A stretch of 64,000 nt of DNA from Verrucomicrobiaceae bacterium (GCA_051252135.1 JBPOGH010000001.1:96001-160000), one strand, 5' to 3'. Positions 46,914-57,234 are shown, counted from the first letter of the stretch. Program-made: numbers and translations. Notes: generated by a model from the sequence alone, not told the origin.

Positions 46914-48643
46914 CGCTTTGATTTGGGTAAAGCAAGCCAGTCGCGGATTTCAGAGAGTGTTTTGCAGTTCACGATGTGATCCCGCTCCAACCAGCCTTTG
47001 CGGGCAAGTCGGACTCCAAATGCGAGAAACTGAAATTGATCCGTTGCGTGTGCGTCAGGATTGATGGAGCAAAGAACCCCCTTATCCCGGGCGCTGCGCC
47101 ACCAACGCCAATCCATATCAAGACGCCAAGGATTGCAGTTGAGTTCAATCACGGTGCGGGTCTCCGCCGCACAATCGATGATTTTTTCGATATTCACCGC
47201 ATATGGATCACGTTTGAGGAGGAGGCGTCCGGTGAGGTGGCCGAGCATGGTGACATGTTCGTTTTCCATAGCGCGAATCAGGCGCTTGGTCATATCGTCC
47301 TCGCTCAGGGTGAAAACGTTGTGCACCGAGGCAACGGAGTAGTCGAGCTCTCCGAGAAGGTCGTCATCAAAGTCAAGTGATCCGTCTTTAAGGATGTCGA
47401 CTTCAGATCCTGAGAGGAGGGCAAAGTCCGTGAAACCATCGTTGAGTCTTTTGATTTCAGAGATCTGATCACGCAGACGTTGTTCATTAAGTCCGTTGGC
47501 TTGAAATGAGGCCTTGGAGTGGTCCGCGATACCGAGATACCGGAGCCCGTGATCTTGAGCTGCTTCAGCCATTTCAAGAAGGGTGTTTTTCCCATCGGAA
47601 GCGGTGGTATGGTTGTGGAAGGTGCCCCGGAGGTTGTCGAGGGAGACGAGATTCGGAAGGGTTCCCGAGTCGGCTTGTTCGATTTCACCCCGGTTTTCCC
47701 GAAGTTCCGGGGGAACGAATCCAAGTCCGAGGGCGCGGTAAATATCGCGCTCTTCGTGAACTTCGGGGATGGGGCCTTCGCCGGTGAAATCGTATTCGTT
47801 GAGCGATAGGCCTTGCTTCAGTGCTCGAGAGCGTAGTGCAACATTATGCTCCTTGCTGCCCGTAAAGTATTGAAGAGCAAAGGGGAAGTGGGCGTTGCTG
47901 ACAGCGCGGAGATCGCATTGCAGGCCGTTTTCCAGTCGGATCGAAGTCTTGGTGTCCCCCCGAACAATGACCTCGTGAACTTCAGGCATGGTTGCGAAGA
48001 ATGAAGTGAGTTCGGCAGGCTCCGCGGTGGAGACAAGAAAATCAAGATCGTGGAGGGTTTCTTTGGATCGTCGATAGGAGCCAGCGATGGCTGCGCGGTT
48101 GACTTTCGGATGGTCCTTGAGTCGTTCAAGAAAAGTTTCCGCGAGGGGGGCAACGTCTCCGAGGCGAAAGCGGTCGGCGAATTTTTCCCGATTGGCGATG
48201 GCTCCGAGTATCTTATCGGCGGTTTTGGCGCCAAAGCCTTTGAGGTTTGCCACCGATCCGTCCTTGCAGGCAATTTTTAGAGCATCAATGGAGTCGACTC
48301 CAAGTTGATCGTAGACGGCTTTAATTTTCTTGGGTCCCAATCCCTGGATTTCAAAGAGGTCGAACAAGGTGCTTGGAAATTCGGAGCGAAGGTTTTCGAA
48401 GTATTCAAGTGAACCGGTAGAGGATAGCTCGTGCAGTTTTTGTTGGAGGGCATCACCGATCCCTTTAATCCCTTTGAGGTCATTTGCGACAGCAAGGGCT
48501 ACGATGTCTCCATCGAAGTTTTGCACGGTCTCCGCGCCATTTCGGTAGGCTCGTGTCTTAAAGGGGTTTTCTCCCTTCAGTTCGAGTAGGAGGGCGATTT
48601 CCTCGAGGGTATTGACTAGGGTGTCCCGCGTGACTTCCGGCAT
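46910..48643 (-). CDS. polX: DNA polymerase X / PHP 3'-5' exonuclease
   Basis: [10 protein letters not shown], Hh[26 protein letters not shown] motifs HNHT..SDG, DHS, DAH. Confidence 0.94.
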   Translation of the reverse strand: MPEVTRDTLVNTLEEIALLLELKGENPFKTRAYRNGAETVQNFDGDIVALAVANDLKGIKGIGDALQQKLHELSSTGSLEYFENLRSEFPSTLFDLFEIQGLGPKKIKAVYDQLGVDSIDALKIACKDGSVANLKGFGAKTADKILGAIANREKFADRFRLGDVAPLAETFLERLKDHPKVNRAAIAGSYRRSKETLHDLDFLVSTAEPAELTSFFATMPEVHEVIVRGDTKTSIRLENGLQCDLRAVSNAHFPFALQYFTGSKEHNVALRSRALKQGLSLNEYDFTGEGPIPEVHEERDIYRALGLGFVPPELRENRGEIEQADSGTLPNLVSLDNLRGTFHNHTTASDGKNTLLEMAEAAQDHGLRYLGIADHSKASFQANGLNEQRLRDQISEIKRLNDGFTDFALLSGSEVDILKDGSLDFDDDLLGELDYSVASVHNVFTLSEDDMTKRLIRAMENEHVTMLGHLTGRLLLKRDPYAVNIEKIIDCAAETRTVIELNCNPWRLDMDWRWWRSARDKGVLCSINPDAHATDQFQFLAFGVRLARKGWLERDHIVNCKTLSEIRDWLALPKSKR

Positions 48644-48662
48644 GTGGAAAAGATGGCGCGAG

Positions 48663-50639
48663 TCACTTCTTTTGCAAGATCAAGCCCGTGCGGGTTGGGA
48701 GGTAGAGGCGTATTTGCCGCTCGTGAGCGAGATAGGTCACCTTGGGGTCGATACGGTCATGTCCTCCAAATTGTGGACGCTCGGTATCAAGAAGAACTTT
48801 GTATTCCCCGCTTTCCCATACCGGGATTTCAAGATCAGGGAAAGACCGGTATGGGTTTAGATTAAAGGCACAGAGGTAGGGACCCCGTCGTGCGACAATG
48901 ATTTTCCAGTCGTTGTGAATGAACAAGAGCTCGAGATGTGCCTCACCCATGATGTCATGGGCTCCAGCGAAGGACTGAAGGGCCCTGTCGAACTCGTTGA
49001 GATCACTGTAACGAAGAGCCGGGTTATCGGCGAGTGACCACTGTCTGCGACAGTAGTGGTAGGACCAGCCATTGCCCTCGCGTGGAAAATCGAGCCATTC
49101 AGGATGGCCGAATTCGTTGCCAATAAAATTGAGCCACCCTTCGCCGCCAAAAGAGAGTGTCAGGAGTCTGATTATTTTGTGGAGGGCGATGCCGCGATCA
49201 ATACCGAGGCTTTCGGTGTCCCGTCCCATGTGCCAATACATCTCTTCATCCATGAGGTGGAAAGCGAGAGTTTTGTCTCCGACAAGTGCCTGATCGTGGG
49301 ATTCGGCATAGGCAATGTTGGCTTCTCCGTATTTTCGGTTGGTAAGCACATCCCACAGTTCATCCATGTTCCAGTGTTCATCCGGGGTGTGTTTGAGAAG
49401 CTTGATCCAGTAGTCAGGAAGACCCATCGAAAGTCGGTGGGTGAAACCTTGTCCACCTTCATCGATTGGCCGGCAGAGCCCGGGCATGCCGCTCATGTCT
49501 TCGGCTACCACTATGGCGTCCGGCCGGAGCGTGTGGATGAGTTTGGTGGCGAGTTTGAGGTAAAGGATGGCGTCGTCATCAACAGCGGGTCCAAAATAGG
49601 AATGGTGACTGCCAAAGGCTTCAGTGCCTCTGTGCCAATAAAGCATTGAGGTCACGCCATCGAAGCGGAATCCGTCGAAGCGAAAGACTTCAAGCCAGTA
49701 GCGCAGGTTGGAAAGGAGAAATTGGCGCACTTCATCACGACCATAGTCAAAGACCTTGGAATCCCACTGAGGATGCTCTCCACGGGCATCGCCATGAAAG
49801 TAGAGGCCATCGGAGCCATCGAATCTGCTGAGCCCCTCAGCGGTGTTCTTCACAGAGTGGGAATGAACGATATCAATCAGGACCGCGATACCCAAGCCAT
49901 GAGCGGTATCGATTAGATACTTGAGTTCCTCCGGGGTTCCAAAACGTGATGAGGGGGCGAAGAAGCTGGAGACGTGGTAACCGAAAGAGCCGTAGTAGGG
50001 GTGCTCGGCGATGGCCATGAGCTGGATCACATTGTATCCTTGTTTTGCAATTCGAGGCAGCGTGTTATCGGCAAATTCACGATATGAATGAACTCGCCCT
50101 TCCTCACCTGCAATTCCAACATGGGCTTCGTAGATTCGCACAGTTGAGCGATCATAGGTGAAGTCATGTTGCCATTGATAGGTGTTCTCCGGGGACCATA
50201 CCTGAGCGGAAAAGTCTTTCGTCCGATCATCCTGAACAACTCTTGAGGCATAGGCGGGGATACGGTGGAGCCATGATCCATCCGCCCCGTGAATGTGTAG
50301 CTTGTAGCGTTGTTCATGAGCCAAAGACTCTGCGGGGAGAGACAGGATCCAGACTCCTTGTTCGTCTTTTACAAGAGGATGAGAAGTGTTATTCCAGTCG
50401 TTGAAATCGCCGACAAGGAAGACGTCATGGGCTGCGGGAGCCCATTCTCTAATGGTCCAGCCATTATCATCACGATGAAGCCCGAAATAATGATGTCCGG
50501 CAGCGTGATCCAGAAGTGTCCCTGCGTTGGATTCGATTTGTTGAAGGACGTCGAGGTAACGTTGGTGCCGACCTTCCACAACGGGGGCAACAGGTTCGAG
50601 CCAGGAATCATTCTGAACAAGAGAGAGGGAACTTGGCAT
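48663..50639 (-). CDS. glgB: 1,4-alpha-glucan branching enzyme (GH13)
   Basis: REWAP, IYEAHVG, DIVHSH, GFRFDGVTSM, AEDMSG, YAESHDQ. Confidence 0.95.
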   Translation of the reverse strand: MPSSLSLVQNDSWLEPVAPVVEGRHQRYLDVLQQIESNAGTLLDHAAGHHYFGLHRDDNGWTIREWAPAAHDVFLVGDFNDWNNTSHPLVKDEQGVWILSLPAESLAHEQRYKLHIHGADGSWLHRIPAYASRVVQDDRTKDFSAQVWSPENTYQWQHDFTYDRSTVRIYEAHVGIAGEEGRVHSYREFADNTLPRIAKQGYNVIQLMAIAEHPYYGSFGYHVSSFFAPSSRFGTPEELKYLIDTAHGLGIAVLIDIVHSHSVKNTAEGLSRFDGSDGLYFHGDARGEHPQWDSKVFDYGRDEVRQFLLSNLRYWLEVFRFDGFRFDGVTSMLYWHRGTEAFGSHHSYFGPAVDDDAILYLKLATKLIHTLRPDAIVVAEDMSGMPGLCRPIDEGGQGFTHRLSMGLPDYWIKLLKHTPDEHWNMDELWDVLTNRKYGEANIAYAESHDQALVGDKTLAFHLMDEEMYWHMGRDTESLGIDRGIALHKIIRLLTLSFGGEGWLNFIGNEFGHPEWLDFPREGNGWSYHYCRRQWSLADNPALRYSDLNEFDRALQSFAGAHDIMGEAHLELLFIHNDWKIIVARRGPYLCAFNLNPYRSFPDLEIPVWESGEYKVLLDTERPQFGGHDRIDPKVTYLAHERQIRLYLPTRTGLILQKK

Positions 50640-50669
50640 GAATGAGTTCTACCTTAATTTGAGAGGAAA

Positions 50670-51080
50670 TCACTTCTTCTTGTATCTATTCCACTCTGCG
50701 CTTTTGCCAAGGAGTGAAATGCCCACAAATGCACGCATCACGATCTTGTCATCGCCGTCGTTCCAAATCTTGCCCTTGTAGATTTTACCAGACGCTGAAT
50801 CGTAAACTGTGCCACCGGTGAACTTGGTGCCAGCTTTGGTGAATCCGGAGATGACGCGGAGCCCTCTGAGTCGCCGTTTCCGTAAGGCTGGATTAGGATT
50901 GTTGGTGTCATGGGTGCGATTCTTGTCTTTGACCCAAGTGATCATGCCTTGAAGCTGTTTGTTGTCATCAAGCCACATTTTGATGCGAGCAGTGCCATCG
51001 CTCTTGATCCATTCACCTTCGATAGGGTCCTTTGCGAGTAGTGGAGTGATGAGGAGTGCGAGGAGCAGAAGAAGCTTCAT
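50670..51080 (-). CDS. DUF2147 secreted protein
   Basis: Signal peptide, GEW, DTNNPNPALR, GTVYD..SGKIY. Confidence 0.85.
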   Translation of the reverse strand: MKLLLLLALLITPLLAKDPIEGEWIKSDGTARIKMWLDDNKQLQGMITWVKDKNRTHDTNNPNPALRKRRLRGLRVISGFTKAGTKFTGGTVYDSASGKIYKGKIWNDGDDKIVMRAFVGISLLGKSAEWNRYKKK

Positions 51081-51089
51081 AAACAAGGA

Positions 51090-53837
51090 CTATGAATGAT
51101 CCAATCGACTCTTGGAAGGGGAAAGACAAGCTGAGGGGGCGCAGGTAAGCAGACTGCAAAGATCACCTTCAAGCCGGAGCATGGCATTTTCGTCGGTCAA
51201 TTTCTTACCATCGAGAGTGCTCACGAAAATGGAATCGAGAGCTGCTCCTTTTTCCGTGCAGATGCGACTGTGAACAGTCCGGAGACCATGTTCATTCACG
51301 GTACGGAAGACATCATGAAGAAGGCCAATCCGATCGAGTGCCTGAAGCTCTATCACGGTAAAATGGGGGTCCAATTCGTTGCTGATCCAGGCTCTGGTAG
51401 GGAATTGGACGACTTGTTCGGCTTCGGTCTTCAAGTAGTTGACCTTCTTTTTGATGTAATCGGCCGGATCGTATTCCTCCGCATTGCCGATTTGGTAGAG
51501 GGTTTTGACCACGGCTTTTTGAAGATCACGGTTTTCGACTGCTTTATAATCAGCATCACAAATTCGGAAAAGGTCGAGAACGACGCCATCCGGACGAGTG
51601 TAGACATCGGCGGATAGGATATTCATTTGGTGTGCAGCAAGCACGCAACAGAGTTTTTCGAGAAGGCGCGGAAAGTCATGAGTGGCCACAATCATTTCCG
51701 TGTAGCCGAATTTTGGACGCTCAATCCACTGGACGGCGCATTCGAATCCCGTATCTGGGCGTCGTTGTTTCCGGTCGATATATTGCCACAGGGCAACGAT
51801 GTGTTTGTTGATGCTGCGTTTGCTGCGGTATCGAAAATAACGACGCGGCATGAGCTGAAAATGTTCTTCGAAGAGGGGGTGGTATTTTTCCTTTAATGAC
51901 GCTTTAACCTCGGCATAGACCTCTTGAATTTCCTCTTCGATTTCCTGCTTTCCGGCCGTTTTGCCTTCGTTGAGGTAGTCACGGGTGTTCCGGTAAAGTT
52001 GAAGGATAAGGGTTTCTTTCCATGGGGACCACGCTTCCTCATTGGTGCCATTTGAATCCGCGAAAGTGAAAAGAAGCAGAGTGTCGAGACGGTGTTTGTC
52101 CCGCATCAGGCTGGCGAATTCCGCGATCACCTCGGGATCATCAATATTCTTTTTGGTAGCAAAGCGCCATAGGGTCAGATGGTGGTCAACCAGGAACATA
52201 ATCAAGGCCCTACGACCGCCTGTGATCTGAAGGCGTTTGCAAAGTCGGGCAGCGAGGATTGACGACCCGTCGATGTGCTCGCGAACATTTTCGGCTCTAC
52301 CGGTGTCATGCAGAATCAAAGCAACGTAAAGGGCGTAGGGATCGGGATGCTTCAAGAAAATGTCGCGGTAGAGCTCGAGGCGCTTGTTTTCGCTTTCGAA
52401 GAGTGCATCAAGTTGGTCGATGCAGCGGAGGGTGTGTTCATCAGCGGTGTATCGGTGGAAGAACTCGTGTTGAACGAGACAATCCAAGGCTCCAAATTCC
52501 GGAAGGTATCGTCCCAAAACCCCGCAGCGATGCATCAGGCGGAGGGTTCTCGCAACTTGACCTTTCCTTTCGAGAATTTCCCGGAAGGCATCGCGGTTTT
52601 CAGTCCGAATTCGGAAGGAGCGATCTATTTTCTCCCAGTTCGCTTTGATGAGCTTCCGCAATCCCGGAGAAGGGCGGACATGGTGCTGCTGGCAGTAAAC
52701 GAAAAGTCGGAGAAGGCGGTTGGGGTTCTCTTCAAAAATTGTTTTTCTTTTGGGAAGGAGTCTCCCATTCCGGATCTTGTAGTCTTCAAGGAGGATCGTT
52801 TTGGGTTTCTTCTTCCCGAAAGGGAGAAAGCGGAAGCCGGATGGCTTTTCCTCGTGCTTGATTTCGAAAATCTCGAAGATTGATTTGGTGTGATTGTGAA
52901 TGGCCCGGGCGTGTTGGTAATAATCCCGCATGAACGCTTCAATTCGTCTGAGGATTGAGGCTTGGGGGTATTCGAATTCATCAGCAAGAACTCCCTGGTA
53001 CCGGAGGGTCAGGATGTCGTTTCCCTTGTCATGATAGTGCAGTGCATTTCTGACCCGGTGCATGAAGTAGAATGCATCTTTTAGCTCTCTTCGTGCAATT
53101 CGGGTAAGAATCTTTCGTTTGATCAATTCGGTCATGGACCGGGTGCCGGCCTCGGCATCAATAATCCAATCGAGGTTGTGGTAGTCGCGCAGCGTGCCGG
53201 GGCTTTCCTTGATATTGGGTTCCTGCAGGAAGACCGTATGCGACCACTTGGCGTGTCGATCGCGAACGTCCCGAAGACGTTCCTCAAAGAAATCAGCGCG
53301 ATCTTTTTCAATGCATTCCTTGCGGAAGCGCTGGCGAAATTTTTTATAGAGTTCCTTATCGCCAGCGATGAATCGGGAATCCAAAAGGGCGGTTCTGGTG
53401 ATGGGCTCCTTTCGCGCTTCGGTGATGCATTCCGCGGAGGATCGGGTGGAAGGGAGAAATTTAAACCCCAGGTCCCAGATGAGCATTTGGATTCCTTGAA
53501 TCGCGGCTTCAGCCTCCTTCGACAATTTATGGGATGGAGTGGGCAGGAGGAAGAGGAGATCGACATCCGATCCGGGATTCATCAAACCGCGCCCGTATCC
53601 ACCATTGGCGACGAGGGCGAGCGGAGGTGCCGAATCCGAGACGATCATCTCATAGATTGCGGTCACGAGTTCATCGAGCATTCCGGAACGATGTCCGGCG
53701 TTTTCGATGCCGGGTTCGCCTGCGAGATGAGACTTGTGAAGCCTCTCTTGAGCCAGGCCAACCTTGGTCTTAAGTAGTTTTAGGCGGTCCGCCGGGGACA
53801 GTTCGCGCAGAGTGTCGGAATCTAGGTCAAGGAGCAC
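51090..53837 (-). CDS. glnD: Bifunctional PII uridylyltransferase / uridylyl-removing enzyme
   Basis: GGYGRG...SDVDLL, EPNIKESPGTLRD, HRYTADEH, HD domain (LHD), two ACT domains (DRIGLL). Confidence 0.95.
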   Translation of the reverse strand: MLLDLDSDTLRELSPADRLKLLKTKVGLAQERLHKSHLAGEPGIENAGHRSGMLDELVTAIYEMIVSDSAPPLALVANGGYGRGLMNPGSDVDLLFLLPTPSHKLSKEAEAAIQGIQMLIWDLGFKFLPSTRSSAECITEARKEPITRTALLDSRFIAGDKELYKKFRQRFRKECIEKDRADFFEERLRDVRDRHAKWSHTVFLQEPNIKESPGTLRDYHNLDWIIDAEAGTRSMTELIKRKILTRIARRELKDAFYFMHRVRNALHYHDKGNDILTLRYQGVLADEFEYPQASILRRIEAFMRDYYQHARAIHNHTKSIFEIFEIKHEEKPSGFRFLPFGKKKPKTILLEDYKIRNGRLLPKRKTIFEENPNRLLRLFVYCQQHHVRPSPGLRKLIKANWEKIDRSFRIRTENRDAFREILERKGQVARTLRLMHRCGVLGRYLPEFGALDCLVQHEFFHRYTADEHTLRCIDQLDALFESENKRLELYRDIFLKHPDPYALYVALILHDTGRAENVREHIDGSSILAARLCKRLQITGGRRALIMFLVDHHLTLWRFATKKNIDDPEVIAEFASLMRDKHRLDTLLLFTFADSNGTNEEAWSPWKETLILQLYRNTRDYLNEGKTAGKQEIEEEIQEVYAEVKASLKEKYHPLFEEHFQLMPRRYFRYRSKRSINKHIVALWQYIDRKQRRPDTGFECAVQWIERPKFGYTEMIVATHDFPRLLEKLCCVLAAHQMNILSADVYTRPDGVVLDLFRICDADYKAVENRDLQKAVVKTLYQIGNAEEYDPADYIKKKVNYLKTEAEQVVQFPTRAWISNELDPHFTVIELQALDRIGLLHDVFRTVNEHGLRTVHSRICTEKGAALDSIFVSTLDGKKLTDENAMLRLEGDLCSLLTCAPSACLSPSKSRLDHS

Positions 53838-53871
53838 TCCGCAACCAAAGCAAAGTTAAGCGGGAAGTCGA

Positions 53872-54489
53872 TCACCAACGTGTGGCAGTTGCACGTGTGG
53901 GGCCACCGGTTTTGGCGTAGTATTTTCGACCAGCCGAAGTGGTGTCAAGTGAGCCACGAATAATCTTAACCTGTGCCCCAACTCCTACGCGTCGGTAGAG
54001 GTCGATAACGTGCCGGGATTTCATTCGGATACATCCGTAGGATGCGGGACGGCCGATGTTTCGTTCCTCGGGAGTGCCGTGAATGTAGATGCAACGTCCC
54101 AGAGTATTCCGATTGTGGCTTTCCTTCCCTCTTAGCCAGAGAATACGAGTGACAATAGGGTCTCTTCCTGGAGCGTCGGGGCGGATTACCTCCCCGGTCC
54201 GACGGCGGCTTTTAAATACGGCTCCGGAAGGGGCGCCTCCCCCAATCTTCTTGGCAACCTCGAGTTTTCCAAGAGGGGTGCGGCGCGATCCGCGCTGGGT
54301 GCCGAGACCAAATTTGGAGGTGGAAACGGGGTAGGCTTTGACCGGCTTGCCATCTTTCACCAAGAGCATTTTCTGATCTCTGACACTCACGACCATCTGA
54401 TTGCGGTCGTCGTATCTCGAACCACATGAAATGGTCAGGATGCTCAGGGGAGCAAGAATCAGGAGTGCGAGATGGCGAAGGTTGGGCAT
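53872..54489 (-). CDS. L,D-transpeptidase (YkuD) lipoprotein
   Basis: Lipobox LTISC, TPLG, catalytic motif IYIHGT...SYGCIRM. Confidence 0.9.
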   Translation of the reverse strand: MPNLRHLALLILAPLSILTISCGSRYDDRNQMVVSVRDQKMLLVKDGKPVKAYPVSTSKFGLGTQRGSRRTPLGKLEVAKKIGGGAPSGAVFKSRRRTGEVIRPDAPGRDPIVTRILWLRGKESHNRNTLGRCIYIHGTPEERNIGRPASYGCIRMKSRHVIDLYRRVGVGAQVKIIRGSLDTTSAGRKYYAKTGGPTRATATRW

Positions 54490-54504
54490 GGTTTCCGAGA
54501 GAAC

Positions 54505-56007
54505 TTAGTCTTTTTTAAGAAATGCAGGGAGGAGTTGTCCAACACCAACCATCTGCTTGAGGGAGTTAATGGAGGTGTAGAAAAATCCGACAGGGAACGG
54601 AAGGAGGAGAATTGCGGATGGCCAGTTGCCTGTCCATGCCGCTTCAAGAACGATGTAGGAGAAGAAGAATCCAAACAGGAGTTCGAAAACGGGAGTGAGG
54701 CTCTTAAGCGCTTTGTATCGGCTCTTTTTAATCTCCACTTTCTTCTGGCCTTCGATTCCGTATTTTGGAGTCCGGACGAAGCCGGTTTCGTGGCCAACGA
54801 TGGCCTCGATCACCGCCTTGGCGTTGTTGACAGCCATTCCAATACCGAGAGCGAGCAGAAGCGGGAGGTAGGCCACCTCTCGCAACCACCGGTGGGGAAG
54901 GAGGGCGCGTTGGGCAACGGCGTAGAAAATTACGACCGAGCAGGATGCGAAGAAGAAGATCGGGAGATCAAGCAGGAGGCGACCTTTGATTCCAAGATCC
55001 GGGCCCCATTCATTTTTGGGGTAAATGAGAAAGCAAAGTGCGATAAGAAGCAGATAGGCAAAATTCGAGGTGAGGTGTGCGGTGGCCTCGAGCTTAACAG
55101 CGAGAGGGAAATCACTTTTCCAAATGGAGGGAAGGCATTTTTTACAGCACTGGATGGAACCCTTGGTCCAACGATGTTGTTGGTTTTTGAATCCCGCCAT
55201 GTCGACCGGGAGTTCAGCTGGCGTTTCCACTTCTTTGAGGAAAATAAATTTCCATCCTTTAAGCTGTGCACGATAGCTCAAGTCCATGTCCTCGGTGAGG
55301 GTGTCGTGTTCCCAGCCACCAGCGTCATCGATTGCCGATTTACGCCAGATACCACCCGTGCCGTTGAAGGTGAAAAAACGTCCGGAGCGGTTTCGTGCGG
55401 TTTGCTCAAGCTCAAGGTGTCCATCAAGGAAGAGTGCCTGGACGCGGGTGAGGGCGTTGTAGTTCCGGTTGAGATGTCCCCAGCGTGTCTGAACGAGGGC
55501 AATCTTGTCGTTGGTGAAATGGTGGATGGTTTCCTGAAGAAGATCAGGATTGGGAACGAAATCCGCATCGAGGATGAGGATGTATTCGCCCTTGCAGGTC
55601 TTCATTCCGTTTTCGAGGGCTCCCGCTTTGTAACCGGTTCGGTCGGTGCGATGAATGCATTCGGCGTCAAAACCCTTTGCTTTGAGTCGTTCTACTCCAG
55701 CCCGGGAGATTTCAACGGTCTCATCGGTGGAGTCATCCAAAACCTGAATTTGAATCTTATCTTGCGGGTAGTCGAGTGCGGCGACCGAGTCGAGCAAACG
55801 GTCGACCACATGCATTTCGTTGAAGACAGGAAGTTGGATGGTGACGAGTGGAAGTTCGTCGAAGTTCCGCTCAGGAATCGGACGATTGTTACCATACTTC
55901 CAATAAAGGAAAAGAATGGTGAGACGGTGAAAGCCGTAGCCTCCAAGGCCGATCAGAACAGCGGTATAGAGGCCAAAATAGGCCCATGAAGAAAAGTCTG
56001 AAGTCAT
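54505..56007 (-). CDS. Membrane GT2 glycosyltransferase (cellulose-synthase-like, D,D,D,QxxRW)
   Basis: QLPVFNE, DDS, KAG, DADF, TED, QQHRW, FVRTPK; multiple TM segments. Confidence 0.92.
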   Translation of the reverse strand: MTSDFSSWAYFGLYTAVLIGLGGYGFHRLTILFLYWKYGNNRPIPERNFDELPLVTIQLPVFNEMHVVDRLLDSVAALDYPQDKIQIQVLDDSTDETVEISRAGVERLKAKGFDAECIHRTDRTGYKAGALENGMKTCKGEYILILDADFVPNPDLLQETIHHFTNDKIALVQTRWGHLNRNYNALTRVQALFLDGHLELEQTARNRSGRFFTFNGTGGIWRKSAIDDAGGWEHDTLTEDMDLSYRAQLKGWKFIFLKEVETPAELPVDMAGFKNQQHRWTKGSIQCCKKCLPSIWKSDFPLAVKLEATAHLTSNFAYLLLIALCFLIYPKNEWGPDLGIKGRLLLDLPIFFFASCSVVIFYAVAQRALLPHRWLREVAYLPLLLALGIGMAVNNAKAVIEAIVGHETGFVRTPKYGIEGQKKVEIKKSRYKALKSLTPVFELLFGFFFSYIVLEAAWTGNWPSAILLLPFPVGFFYTSINSLKQMVGVGQLLPAFLKKD

Positions 56008-56011
56008 AATG

Positions 56012-56080
56012 GCAGGAGTTTGTTAGACAAGGATGCTGACGGGATGGGAAATAGACAGTATTTCCCTCGACAGCTCCTGC
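56012..56080 (-). other. Predicted structured 5' leader of the GT2 gene
   Basis: Outer stem GCAGGAG/CTCCTGC ending 4 nt before the ATG; inner perfect 8-bp stem GGGAAATA/TATTTCCC (56046..56066). Confidence 0.45.
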
Positions 56081-56220
56081 GGAGTGCCAGTGAATGAGCT
56101 AAAAGTCAAGTTTTGGATGGCGTAACTATACGGGGATCCTAAACATTCGTCCATTCCTTAATATCACTACTTTCAAACTGGAGTCTCGACAAGGCCTACG
56201 GGACAATCTTGTCTTTGTTC

Positions 56221-57069
56221 ATGAACATTACACGGGTCGGGCAACAGGTTTCGAAATGGGGAGAAGGTCCTATTTGGTGGGAAGGAAAGCTTTGGTATGT
56301 CGATATTGAGGGGCACCGGGTCATTTCCGTTGATCCAGCAAGTGAGGCGGAGAAGTTTTGGGATGTTGGGGAAAGGGTCGGGACAGTGGTTCCCCGAAGT
56401 CAGGGAGGTTTGGTGATCGCAGGTGATAACGGCTTTTCGTTTCTTGATCCCAAAGATGGGCGGATCACCGCGATTGCTGATCCGGAGCCGGAAAAGCAGA
56501 ATAATCGGTTCAATGACGGGAAATGTTCGCCTGATGGTTATTTGTTCGCAGGTTCCATTAGCCTGGTGAAGAAAGAGGGGGACGCAAAACTCTACAGATT
56601 GTCAGCATCTGGCGAGGTGACGGAGGCCTTCGGGCCGGTTACCAATTCAAATGGCATTGTGTGGAGCGCAGGAGGGGGAGAGGTTTTCTATATTGATACT
56701 CCAAGGAAAGCGGTGCTTCGGTTCGATTATGAGGACGGAATTCTTTCAAATCCGGCTGAAGTGATTTCGACAGCTGATTTGGACTCATCTCCCGACGGGA
56801 TGGCCATTGATGAAAATGGTCACCTTTGGATCGCTTTTTGCCATGGTGCCTGTGTGATCTGCTTTGACCCTAAGTCGGGAGAAGAAATCCGCCGCATTGA
56901 TTTGCCATGTCTTGAGACGACGGCCTGTGCGTTTGGTGGGGAGAATCTCGATGAGCTATATGTGACCACGGGCATTCACAAGAGCGTGGTTGAGGAGGAT
57001 GCGGGGCGACTGTTTAAGATTACCGGTCTGGGAGTTAGGGGGCTGCCGTCCCATCCATTTGCGGGTTAG
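56221..57069 (+). CDS. SMP-30/gluconolactonase family protein
   Basis: GEGPIW, RFNDGK, NGIVWS, PDGMAID, CAFGG. Confidence 0.92.
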   Translation: MNITRVGQQVSKWGEGPIWWEGKLWYVDIEGHRVISVDPASEAEKFWDVGERVGTVVPRSQGGLVIAGDNGFSFLDPKDGRITAIADPEPEKQNNRFNDGKCSPDGYLFAGSISLVKKEGDAKLYRLSASGEVTEAFGPVTNSNGIVWSAGGGEVFYIDTPRKAVLRFDYEDGILSNPAEVISTADLDSSPDGMAIDENGHLWIAFCHGACVICFDPKSGEEIRRIDLPCLETTACAFGGENLDELYVTTGIHKSVVEEDAGRLFKITGLGVRGLPSHPFAG

Positions 57070-57093
57070 TTTGGATTGCCAAAACGCCAGCGA

Positions 57094-57140
57094 GCACAAT
57101 ATAGGGTGTCTTTTTTTGAGGAAGGCACAACATATTGCAT
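57094..57140. promoter_or_regulatory. Tandem NrdR-box-like operators upstream of smc
   Basis: GCACAATATAGGGTGT (57094..57109) and GCACAACATATTGCAT (57125..57140), 31 bp start-to-start; consensus acaCwAtATaTwGtgt. Confidence 0.62.
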
Positions 57141-57234
57141 TTTCGTTCAAGTCATCTTGCGGAGATTACAGTGTCGTTCTAGCTTAATTGGACTCGGGAG
57201 GTCCTTTCCGAGCTCATTTCAGCCCCAGACGACT

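Noticed and set aside
54472..55989. 505-aa + strand ORF antisense to the GT2 gene
   Set aside because: Same shadow effect; it fully overlaps a clear glycosyltransferase.
57076..57234. 53-aa N-terminal extension of smc
   Set aside because: SMC normally begins at MYLKSL; this stretch is better explained as promoter/operator DNA.
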